Below, one piece after another: positions 36,358-44,876 of a stretch of 64,000 nucleotides of DNA. Every line of letters begins with the position of its first letter. The first letter of the stretch is position 1. The notes beneath the pieces are model-generated. The model had not been told where the DNA came from, searched no databases, and worked only from the letters and a program-made list of their open reading frames with translations. The stretch lies in sequence record AP019418.1; one strand, written 5' to 3'. The position numbers and the translations under genes are program-made.

Positions 36358-38523
36358 TTATTTGATAAGCTTAAGTAGAACAGCATTATCAACAAGAGCG
36401 CCACGAATAACTTGTAGATAAGATCCATCAGCAGTGATAATGTACATTTTGTGGGTACGTGCATCATCTGAATCTTTAGAGCTATTTAGACGCTTTGCCA
36501 TTCCCATGATTACTTGAGTAATCTTAGGTTCAGTAAGTTTACTGATAAGCACTGCTTTCTCGGTATAAATATTTAGGCAGGATAGTTCCTCAAGGCGCCA
36601 GCCAGTTTGGAAACGCACTGATAGATCTAGAATAGAATTACCTTCTTCTGGATCAATATTAACACACATACTCCGTCCAACAATAAACGGAATACTAGCG
36701 GTAAATTTATCAGCTACTGACTTACCCTTCTTACCGATCAGATATGCGATAAGGTCACCGATATCTTCACAGAAGTCATCAATGGTTACCTTCTGACTCA
36801 TTGAATCAGCCAGGAACTCATTAACTGCACTGGTGAGCCTTTCAACTAGGAACCGATAGTAGCGTTGAGCCAGCTTACCATCTAGCATTAGTTGCTTAAG
36901 GCGCTTTGCAATTAGATGCGGATCGGGTTCTTTTCGAATATCCTCGATCTCATACATGACTTCAGTTGAAGCATCAAATGGATGGGATGATGCTGCGCGA
37001 TACTCATGTGCTGGAACTACATCATCTTCGCTTAGCTCAAGTGCTTCACGAACTGCATTGAGTGCACCAGCTTCTGCTTCAAGATTATTTGCACAAGCAA
37101 TATAACCTTCTAGGATAACTGGATCATGTTCACGATTATCAGTTAACCCAGCATCATTTGGTGAAAACTCTTCGGCTACTTCTTTAACCGGTTTGGCATC
37201 ACCCATAATGGTAGATAGCTTATAACTGGTTGCAGTACGCGCACCACCACCACGATGTGCTTGACGACGGAGATCATCTTGAAGCTCATGCTTTAGATAA
37301 TCCATTTCCATGTGATTCTCCCACTTACGATATACTTCATGTACAGTGTTATCAGGCCATTTAGCAAGGAAGCGACAATATACTGCCGGATCCATTAGGA
37401 TGCTGTATGGATTAGCTGAACTAGCAGTACGTACCCAATCAGGTTTATCTGCAACTAGATGAGCAGGTCGGATTTCAATGCCACCTGGATTATAGATAAC
37501 ATCCATCGGACGATCTTTATTAATTACAAATCCATTGGGTACATAATAGTTCGGATCGAATACGAGTTCTTTCACATCTTGAGGGATGGGTAGATCCGTA
37601 TTATCATTAGTTACAGTATTTGCATTTTGTTGTAGTTCAGGTAGAATCATTACATCACCTCCACCAGGGATTGTATCATAACTACTATTTGGAGATACTT
37701 CAACAGTGGCACCCCAAGAGTCTTTAGGTTGCATGACTGGTTTGTTTTCCAGGAAAGGAGAAGAACCAGGTACGTCATATGCAGCATTTGCAATTGATGG
37801 ACCAGTGTCATGATTAGTTGTTGGTGTATATGCCCCTGGAATGTTCAGCTGCGGATTAGCCATGGTAGCCGGTTGACCATAGGTCTGTTGGATACCTGCG
37901 TTAATTGGAGGTAGTTGTGAACTCATGCCAGGACGACCCATTGCTGCACCCATCCCAGGGAAACTTCCAGGCTGTACACCAGGTTGTTGATATCCACCCT
38001 GCATCATGGTGTTACCACCCATACGCATCTTTTGGATATCTGATTCAATCTGCCCGATTACACCAAGTGCCTGTTGGATATTCGGCATTAGATGTTGAAC
38101 TAGACTTTGTAGCTGCGGGAAGGTTTGAGCACATTTACCAACAAAACCAGACCATACTAGAGATGCAGCTTGCTGCATTGCCTGCTGTGGGTTATTCACC
38201 ATTTGACGATGAATAAATAGAAACTCTAGAAAGTCAATAACTTTCTGAGCCCACTGCTGATAATAGTTATTCTGAAAACCATTACTAGATAGCAGATTAT
38301 ACGCAAATGCATGAAGCTGGGTGGTAGTAGCAGCATTTTGAGCATTCAGCCGGAACAGCCCAATTACACCATTGAAATATGGTTGTAGTTGAGGATGTTG
38401 TTGATGTGGTGATAACTGTAGCGGTAGGCTAAACAGATAATTCCCATTAGGTAGGTTAGGATCGAAAGTACTGGTATCTACACTCTCAAAATCGACAGGT
38501 AGATTGTACTGTGCATAGTTCAT
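36358..38523 (-). CDS. Hypothetical protein (gp124-like) with a Q/G/P/M low-complexity segment
   Basis: 721 aa, directly downstream of the gp123 gene. Confidence 0.8.
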   Translation of the reverse strand: MNYAQYNLPVDFESVDTSTFDPNLPNGNYLFSLPLQLSPHQQHPQLQPYFNGVIGLFRLNAQNAATTTQLHAFAYNLLSSNGFQNNYYQQWAQKVIDFLEFLFIHRQMVNNPQQAMQQAASLVWSGFVGKCAQTFPQLQSLVQHLMPNIQQALGVIGQIESDIQKMRMGGNTMMQGGYQQPGVQPGSFPGMGAAMGRPGMSSQLPPINAGIQQTYGQPATMANPQLNIPGAYTPTTNHDTGPSIANAAYDVPGSSPFLENKPVMQPKDSWGATVEVSPNSSYDTIPGGGDVMILPELQQNANTVTNDNTDLPIPQDVKELVFDPNYYVPNGFVINKDRPMDVIYNPGGIEIRPAHLVADKPDWVRTASSANPYSILMDPAVYCRFLAKWPDNTVHEVYRKWENHMEMDYLKHELQDDLRRQAHRGGGARTATSYKLSTIMGDAKPVKEVAEEFSPNDAGLTDNREHDPVILEGYIACANNLEAEAGALNAVREALELSEDDVVPAHEYRAASSHPFDASTEVMYEIEDIRKEPDPHLIAKRLKQLMLDGKLAQRYYRFLVERLTSAVNEFLADSMSQKVTIDDFCEDIGDLIAYLIGKKGKSVADKFTASIPFIVGRSMCVNIDPEEGNSILDLSVRFQTGWRLEELSCLNIYTEKAVLISKLTEPKITQVIMGMAKRLNSSKDSDDARTHKMYIITADGSYLQVIRGALVDNAVLLKLIK

Positions 38524-38558
38524 GTGAATAATACCTATTAAGTAGTTAAAGATTTAAT

Positions 38559-40190
38559 TTATTTTGCACGGAACATTAATTGAGCGTTGTCAATTATTTC
38601 ACGCACTTCTTCACGACGTTCAACTAGTCCAGTTGGACCCACTTTGGTATACATATTAAGCCTACCTCGACCATCCGGGTTGTTCTTAGGTTGGTTTTTA
38701 TATTGACCTACCTCAGCAATAGATGCGTGAATAATCCTAGATGAGTCATTGATTAGAGACTTATTATGAGCCTTAGCTGTTTTAGCGCGATCCTGTGTAA
38801 CTAGGATAGATGTCCCTTTAATCAACATACTGGAGTTTGGATTACTCATTGTATCGAGTTCACCATGGTCCACTGTTAATCGTTTAATAGCTGTCTGTAG
38901 TTTAAAAGAACGTTTTAAACCTTCGTTTAGCTCTTGTACAGTCCATTCACGATCACGCCTAGACTGGAACATATAACCAAACATACTTACAGCATAGTTA
39001 AACTCTGACATCAAGTAATGCAGTACTGTTAACCTTTTACCATACATACTAGTTTCATCAATATCAGTAGCATAAAGATGATGAGCCAAACTAGTCATGA
39101 TCTCGTAAAGAAGTTCCCAAATAGTACTTACATTGACACCAACTGTTTTAAGTTCTTCAATAGTCATTTCGTCTAGTGAATTACAGAAACTGTGTAGGTG
39201 TGAATCAATGTTTTCCTCTACTTTACCTTGGTGCTCAAAATCACCAAACACCATGTGACCTAGGATAACACGCCATAAGTTGGTACTATCTACATATTCA
39301 GGTCGAGTAAACCGCATTGGAAATGCATCGACCACATACCAGAAACCAGCGATAAGTCGTGTGGCAAAAATAGATTCTTGATGACGAGGTATAACAAGAA
39401 TCATTTCACCGGTGGGATGTTTGCCTTTTAATGTTGCACTGGAATAAATATTCCACTTTTCACGTGGATATTCTTCTTCAGGAAAATCAGACAGCAGTCC
39501 ACACTTAACATCTACATTAGCCCATTGTTTGAAAGTTTGAGTTACTCCAAACTGACAGAAGAAATAATGAGCTAAACATGACTCAATATGTGGTCGATTA
39601 TCCAGATCTCGTTTAGTACGCTTAGCCATTTCATTGTGAATCTGTGACCAGATCACATACATGATTTTACGCTGACCATTGCACATGTAATGGTGGTCAG
39701 TTTGTTTAAAGGTTAGCTTAGTACGACGAAACGGGATGAAGATGCTATCATTAAGTACAGAGAACCCAACATCAGTTAATACTGGTGAACCGATATATTT
39801 CGCACCATTGATAGTTACCATATTGCCTCTCTTAAAAGCTGGTAACAACATTGGACGAGGATAAAGCATTTCCCCTTTATAACTAAACATTAGGTCAATC
39901 ATGTACATGTCAGTTGGAGCAATATTGGCAATACGCTTAGCATTATATTCCCGAGTAATCTCTTCAAAATGCTTAAGCGGTGTACATGCACGATTGCCTT
40001 CATATTTGAAGCCATCGGGAAATAGAACTGAACTGATATCAAATAAAGAATCAATATAACGCCTGGTCATATTAACACCAGTATTTGGATCACGAGTCAT
40101 GGTGTGTTCGACTGTGATACCATTTGCTAGTGTTGGATTCATGCAAGGCGTATTTTCACGAATCTTTTCAATTAGAAATGGATCCGGCAT
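38559..40190 (-). CDS. gp123: Non-virion RNA polymerase subunit, beta N-terminal part (phiKZ gp123)
   Basis: 543 aa. INGAKY motif resembles the beta-subunit IING.ER region; size and synteny match phiKZ gp123. Confidence 0.85.
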   Translation of the reverse strand: MPDPFLIEKIRENTPCMNPTLANGITVEHTMTRDPNTGVNMTRRYIDSLFDISSVLFPDGFKYEGNRACTPLKHFEEITREYNAKRIANIAPTDMYMIDLMFSYKGEMLYPRPMLLPAFKRGNMVTINGAKYIGSPVLTDVGFSVLNDSIFIPFRRTKLTFKQTDHHYMCNGQRKIMYVIWSQIHNEMAKRTKRDLDNRPHIESCLAHYFFCQFGVTQTFKQWANVDVKCGLLSDFPEEEYPREKWNIYSSATLKGKHPTGEMILVIPRHQESIFATRLIAGFWYVVDAFPMRFTRPEYVDSTNLWRVILGHMVFGDFEHQGKVEENIDSHLHSFCNSLDEMTIEELKTVGVNVSTIWELLYEIMTSLAHHLYATDIDETSMYGKRLTVLHYLMSEFNYAVSMFGYMFQSRRDREWTVQELNEGLKRSFKLQTAIKRLTVDHGELDTMSNPNSSMLIKGTSILVTQDRAKTAKAHNKSLINDSSRIIHASIAEVGQYKNQPKNNPDGRGRLNMYTKVGPTGLVERREEVREIIDNAQLMFRAK

Positions 40191-40199
40191 TATAAACTC

Positions 40200-41282
40200 C
40201 TAAACTTTTGGCAAAATTAAATCCATCAGTGAACCTACAATTTTAATGGATGATACTAGATCAGAGGCAATGGAGTTTAGATCACCCCATTTTAGACCAT
40301 GAATCAATACAACATCTTTTGGTTTGAATTCTTTATCAAACGTACCAGCTGCTTTTTCCTGGGCTTCCCTTTCCTTAATATCAGCCGCTGTTAAGAGTGC
40401 AGTCTTAAGACGTTCAATAACTTTCTTATCTTTAATTCCAACCATTGCAGCAGCTTCTTCATGTGTTCTAAAGAAACCATTTTCATGGAACTGTTCAGGA
40501 GGTATTACATATCTCTTTTCGCCATTATGACTAATACATCCATGCTTACCACGGATATTAACAATAAGACCAGGATCTAATGATGGATTGTAGATTGACT
40601 CAATGGCCATAATTCTGCCAGCCATTACATAAAACAATTTATCTGGTTTATTGATGTCAGTATTATACGTTAAAGAATATGTTTCATTCCATACTTGATT
40701 AGAAAGTGCTTCTTCTTCTGGACTAAGTCCGCTGTAACCAGGAGGACTAATATTTCTATTTGGATAAAATTCAAAATACTGACTATACTCAGTTTTAAAT
40801 ACTTGGATACCTAAACTCTGAATCCAACCACCATGATACTGATCTACTAGTTTTGATAAGTCAATTGAATACCAAATAGTAATCTCAGATAGCTGGTTAT
40901 TAAACTGATCGAATGTCTGTCGACTAAATGACTGAATATATTCTAACATTTCCTCAGGTGTAAAACCTGGAATAGATTTAGCCATAACTTCATAGTTAAA
41001 ACTATCATCACCACTCCATCGGTAAATGACCTTAACTACTAGTCTATTAGACATTACATACTTACGGGATGTCCCAATATTGATAGCGTGACCAGATGAA
41101 TCGACTACAGTAATACGATGAAATGATTCATTCCGATACTCAACAAAACGTGAGACAGGGAGATTCCAATTAGCGTATGGATCACCCTTAGTGTATGCAG
41201 TTCCCGATTTCTTATCATACGGGTGATCGATAGTAGGCTTAACTGATACTTGAGTAAGCCCCGCAATTTTTAGTGTTACCAT
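40200..41282 (-). CDS. Hypothetical protein (gp122-like)
   Basis: 360 aa; AAGG RBS. Confidence 0.75.
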   Translation of the reverse strand: MVTLKIAGLTQVSVKPTIDHPYDKKSGTAYTKGDPYANWNLPVSRFVEYRNESFHRITVVDSSGHAINIGTSRKYVMSNRLVVKVIYRWSGDDSFNYEVMAKSIPGFTPEEMLEYIQSFSRQTFDQFNNQLSEITIWYSIDLSKLVDQYHGGWIQSLGIQVFKTEYSQYFEFYPNRNISPPGYSGLSPEEEALSNQVWNETYSLTYNTDINKPDKLFYVMAGRIMAIESIYNPSLDPGLIVNIRGKHGCISHNGEKRYVIPPEQFHENGFFRTHEEAAAMVGIKDKKVIERLKTALLTAADIKEREAQEKAAGTFDKEFKPKDVVLIHGLKWGDLNSIASDLVSSIKIVGSLMDLILPKV

Positions 41283-41691
41283 TGAAATCTACCTTAATCA
41301 CAACGGCCTCCAAATCTACAATGTTGGGGAGCCTCTTTTTAGTTTGATGTACGGACCTTCCCTTAAAGGATTCACTCTTTTCCTTATTACTTGATTTCTG
41401 CCATTTATGCGGGTCACTCGAACAATATAACTTTTCGGTGGCCCGCTTAAACTGTTTTTCTTGAAGGATCTCCTCAATGTTTTTCTTGGCATAATCAGTA
41501 ATAAAGTCCTCTAGCCCTTTGGGCATAAAGGCATCCTGAACAGGATGGAATTCTTCAAAGAAAGTATTAATGTATTTATCATCATCTACGGTAGACATCT
41601 TATTATCTACCATGGTATTTTTTTCTATAAGAGATACCCTTAGGGCATCTTGCCATCTTTCGATGACTTCTGGAAATAATTGAACGTTCAT
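41239..41691 (-). CDS. Hypothetical early protein (gp121-like), start uncertain
   Basis: Open frame directly downstream of an early promoter; overlaps the next gene. Confidence 0.55.
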   Translation of the reverse strand: MNVQLFPEVIERWQDALRVSLIEKNTMVDNKMSTVDDDKYINTFFEEFHPVQDAFMPKGLEDFITDYAKKNIEEILQEKQFKRATEKLYCSSDPHKWQKSSNKEKSESFKGRSVHQTKKRLPNIVDLEAVVIKVDFNGNTKNCGAYSSIS

Positions 41692-41734
41692 TTGGATTAA
41701 CCTATTTTTAAATTAGAAGATCATGATCATTACT

Positions 41735-41751
41735 GTAATATAGATCTTAAA
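41735..41751 (-). promoter_or_regulatory. Early (virion RNAP) promoter
   Basis: Minus strand reads TTTAAGATC-TATATTAC; TATATTAC is the reported phiKZ early-promoter core. Confidence 0.75.
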
Positions 41752-41771
41752 CTTTTTTTAATGTAATACAA

Positions 41772-41802
41772 CATAAAGCCCTCCCCGAAGGGAGGGCCTA
41801 TG
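41772..41802 (-). terminator. Terminator of the major capsid transcript
   Basis: GCCCTCCC-CGAA-GGGAGGGC located just after the TAA of the in-frame extension, about 90 nt past the UGA. Confidence 0.85.
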
Positions 41803-41806
41803 TCTG

Positions 41807-41887
41807 TTACTCTTCTAACTTCCGGGCATTACCGTCTTCCAAATAACGGATAGTCCCATTTTCTAGATAACGGTAACCCTTTCCAGC
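41807..41887 (-). other. Putative readthrough extension of the major capsid protein (26 aa)
   Basis: In frame after TGA (41888-41890): AGKGYRYLENGTIRYLEDGNARKLEE-TAA. No start codon; contains a 21-bp hairpin. Confidence 0.7.
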
Positions 41888-44131
41888 TCACGGCTTAAGA
41901 TCAGCAAGCTTACCGTTGAACTGAGTTTCGCCCATGACTTTCTGGAAGCCAGTGATCTTGAACTCTAGCGCGAACGGAATGTTGTTGACGTGTAGGTTGA
42001 ACGGAATGGCCGCGATTTCGCGAGTAACCTGGTGACCACCACGAGTGATCGGTAGGTCAGCGATAACAGTAGATACGTAGAAGAACTGGCCCCAGGAGAG
42101 GATGTCGTTTTCTTGTTGTACTGCGCGGGTCGGAATTACAACTAGCTTACCATCAAATAGCTGGTTGTTGGTGGAAACGATATCGTACTTGAGATAAGCA
42201 CCTAGAGTACGGTCGTCACCTTTAGTCATTAGATAGTTAGCAATCTCTTTGTCGGAGCAGAAGAGATACATCGGAGTTTCATCCTGGTTACCGGAGATAA
42301 CACGGAAGGCAGCTTCAATGTTGGAATCACGGTGAGCCGGGAATAGCTCAGCTTTAACACAGTTTAGGATCGCAGCGCAAACGTCGTCCCAACGATCTTT
42401 AGACTTGATGGTGTCGATGACTTTCTCAAGATCTAGTTCTTTGTAACGATAGGTCGGACGCATTACAGCGGATAGTGCACCTTCGATGATACCAAACTTC
42501 GGACGGTTGTAACCATTGTGTACAACTTCACGTAGTTGAGCAAGGTAGTTAAGCATGCGCTTAACAGCGTTGTTGCTGTTACGGATGTTGGTGTTAACAG
42601 TTAGAGCTTTAACAACCTCACCCGGACCTTCATCGGTCATGGTGTCCATCGGTAGAGTTACAGGAGCGTGCATCGGGATCGGATGACGGAACTGTAGTGC
42701 ACGGGTCTGTAGTAGGTGACCACGCTGACGACGGTTAGTGTTGGTGAAGCGAGTATCTAGTTCGAAACCGATAACAGCTAGGTCAGTTAGCTGATCTAGA
42801 ATAGCTTTAACAGCCGGGTCAGCATTATCCATTACCTGGCCATCTTCGTTTAGAACTTTATCGACGTAAGTGTCGGTAGCACCAAACTTAGAATCGCCTT
42901 TGGATAGGCTGATAGTACCACCAAAACCAACGCTTAGACGTAGGCTTAGTTTAGCAGTCTTAAGGTCGTTAATAACGCCATCAGCTGAACCGTCGATGAA
43001 AGTGGTATCGCCACTAACAACAAGGTCATCGCTATCGAAACGGATAACTGCGTTCCGGGTATCACCAACTAGATCGGGCTGGAACACAGCGCGAGGTAGA
43101 CGGTCAACCTTGAACTTAACAACTTTACCGCCGAGTAGAACGAATAGGTTCTTTAGACGACCAGCCGGATCAATGGTGTCAGAAACTTCAAGCATGCCAC
43201 GCTGAATGAGTAGGTTAGCATTGGAGTTACCCATTAGATCAAGACGTACGTTCGCTTTTAGCGGAGCAGTAGTGATAGTTAGGTTCTGCTCGTTCTTGAT
43301 GGTGTACGGAGGAACAAGAGCCGGGTCTACGAAGAAGTCAGCATTGGAACCAGCCGGATCTAGGGCAGGAATTAGTGCAATGCTTTCGTCGTCGAGGATG
43401 GAAGGATCACGATAGGCTTCTACCATGTTCACTTCTTCGTTATCCATCTTAACGCCGGATACTTCGTGGTAAACGTCTTTCATTACAGCGATGTAAGGAA
43501 GAACCTGAACAACACCACCTTCAATCGGGTTGATAACGGTGGTCGGATAGATACGCTCAGCGAATTCATCCTGACGGCTAGCAGCTAGGTTATAACCAAT
43601 AGTTACAACACGGAAATCACGCTGTGACTTCTCGTTATAGTTCTCTAGGCCAACACCATTTTCGAATACTTGAATGCCACCAGCAGGGCCATTGAACTGA
43701 TGCTGTACAACCTTAACATGATCTTCATTAGAAGCTTTAGCTTTGGTAATACCACGTAGTGCACGGATATATTTAGTTTCATCAGCACAGGCGATAGCAG
43801 CCATGGTAGCAGCAGTGATTTGGTTCTCACGGACACGTTCTTCACGAGCACGTACTTGAGGATCACTGGAACTTACTCGTTCGAAACCATAGTCGTTAAC
43901 GAGCATTTGCATTTTGTTATAAATTGCAGCGGCATCTTGAATGTCGGTAGCTTGCACGGTACCGAAGTTTTCATGTGAAATGCTGCTAATAAGGGAACGA
44001 CCTTGACTAACAACGCTGTCATTTAGACCAATTTCACTTTCTAGGCGGCCAATGAAATCTTCCATTGAGAAGACTTCGTAATTCTTTTCGCCTTTGTGTT
44101 TAAACAGTTCTCTTAGGGCATGTACGCTCAT
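41888..44131 (-). CDS. gp120: Major capsid protein (phiKZ gp120)
   Basis: 747 aa. GVGLE163|NYNEK matches the known maturation site; strong high-expression codon bias; AGGA RBS. Confidence 0.95.
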   Translation of the reverse strand: MSVHALRELFKHKGEKNYEVFSMEDFIGRLESEIGLNDSVVSQGRSLISSISHENFGTVQATDIQDAAAIYNKMQMLVNDYGFERVSSSDPQVRAREERVRENQITAATMAAIACADETKYIRALRGITKAKASNEDHVKVVQHQFNGPAGGIQVFENGVGLENYNEKSQRDFRVVTIGYNLAASRQDEFAERIYPTTVINPIEGGVVQVLPYIAVMKDVYHEVSGVKMDNEEVNMVEAYRDPSILDDESIALIPALDPAGSNADFFVDPALVPPYTIKNEQNLTITTAPLKANVRLDLMGNSNANLLIQRGMLEVSDTIDPAGRLKNLFVLLGGKVVKFKVDRLPRAVFQPDLVGDTRNAVIRFDSDDLVVSGDTTFIDGSADGVINDLKTAKLSLRLSVGFGGTISLSKGDSKFGATDTYVDKVLNEDGQVMDNADPAVKAILDQLTDLAVIGFELDTRFTNTNRRQRGHLLQTRALQFRHPIPMHAPVTLPMDTMTDEGPGEVVKALTVNTNIRNSNNAVKRMLNYLAQLREVVHNGYNRPKFGIIEGALSAVMRPTYRYKELDLEKVIDTIKSKDRWDDVCAAILNCVKAELFPAHRDSNIEAAFRVISGNQDETPMYLFCSDKEIANYLMTKGDDRTLGAYLKYDIVSTNNQLFDGKLVVIPTRAVQQENDILSWGQFFYVSTVIADLPITRGGHQVTREIAAIPFNLHVNNIPFALEFKITGFQKVMGETQFNGKLADLKP

Positions 44132-44203
44132 TTTTTATTCCTACGTAGGATGAGTTTTTGGTTTAAAAATTTGGGTCTACTAAGCATCTTTTCCGGAATC
44201 AAC

Positions 44204-44737
44204 CTAGCAGCTCTCCAAATAATAGGTAAAAATTTGTGTTGACGCCACGGATTCACGTGGGCGGGTGTTCAACATTTCATTTATCATACTATCAAAGAAA
44301 GTATGGTTAAGTTGAATTGAGACACGTCTAGGATCGCTACTTGCAATGTGCGCACTCTGCTGCACCGCAACCCACAGATTCTCATCTACAGGATATAGGT
44401 AATAATCGTACACTAAATTACGGTTACCTGCATCCCTAAGTTCATTAGTCGCTAGGCGGCTCTCTAAACGATTGTGTAAATCCTTCATCTTAAATTGTTC
44501 AGGACCGTCTATTTCACCTAACTCAGCAACTTTGATTATCGGGCTTACTGCTAACTTAATATCTAGTTTTTCTGGTAATAGAAAGGGGAAAGCAGTTAAA
44601 GCCTGATGTATCTCCGCAAGATCATTTACGGAGGTTTCGGAAACTATATAGTTGGTGTCTAACAATTTGTTAAATTGTACACCTGCTGTTTTATATGATT
44701 CAAAAACAGCTTTTGGCATAACCAGAACTTGGGTCAT
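44204..44737 (-). CDS. gp119: Capsid-associated protein (gp119-like)
   Basis: 177 aa, immediately upstream of the major capsid gene; identity from synteny. Confidence 0.7.
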   Translation of the reverse strand: MTQVLVMPKAVFESYKTAGVQFNKLLDTNYIVSETSVNDLAEIHQALTAFPFLLPEKLDIKLAVSPIIKVAELGEIDGPEQFKMKDLHNRLESRLATNELRDAGNRNLVYDYYLYPVDENLWVAVQQSAHIASSDPRRVSIQLNHTFFDSMINEMLNTRPRESVASTQIFTYYLESC

Positions 44738-44810
44738 TGTGAAAGTACCTATATTGTAACTTTAGGCTTTTGGGAACTGTCTACATAGCAATATAGCAAA
44801 TACATTCACT

Positions 44811-44818
44811 AAAATTAC
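44811..44818 (+). promoter_or_regulatory. Candidate middle-promoter element AAAATTAC upstream of dnaB
   Basis: Identical to the octamer upstream of uvsX. Confidence 0.5.
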
Positions 44819-44876
44819 TAGCTATCTAAATGATACACTGTACATCTCTTAATTTCACAATTGGAAATCTATAAAA

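Noticed and set aside
42870-43866. Antisense and alternate-frame ORFs within the capsid gene
   Set aside because: They are expected from strong codon bias that removes stops in other frames.
44175-44206. Readthrough after other structural-gene stops (gp119, gp126, gp127, gp131, gp146, gp97)
   Set aside because: Where checked by eye, the frames close quickly or enter terminators or next genes with no recognisable motif; only gp120 shows the pattern.
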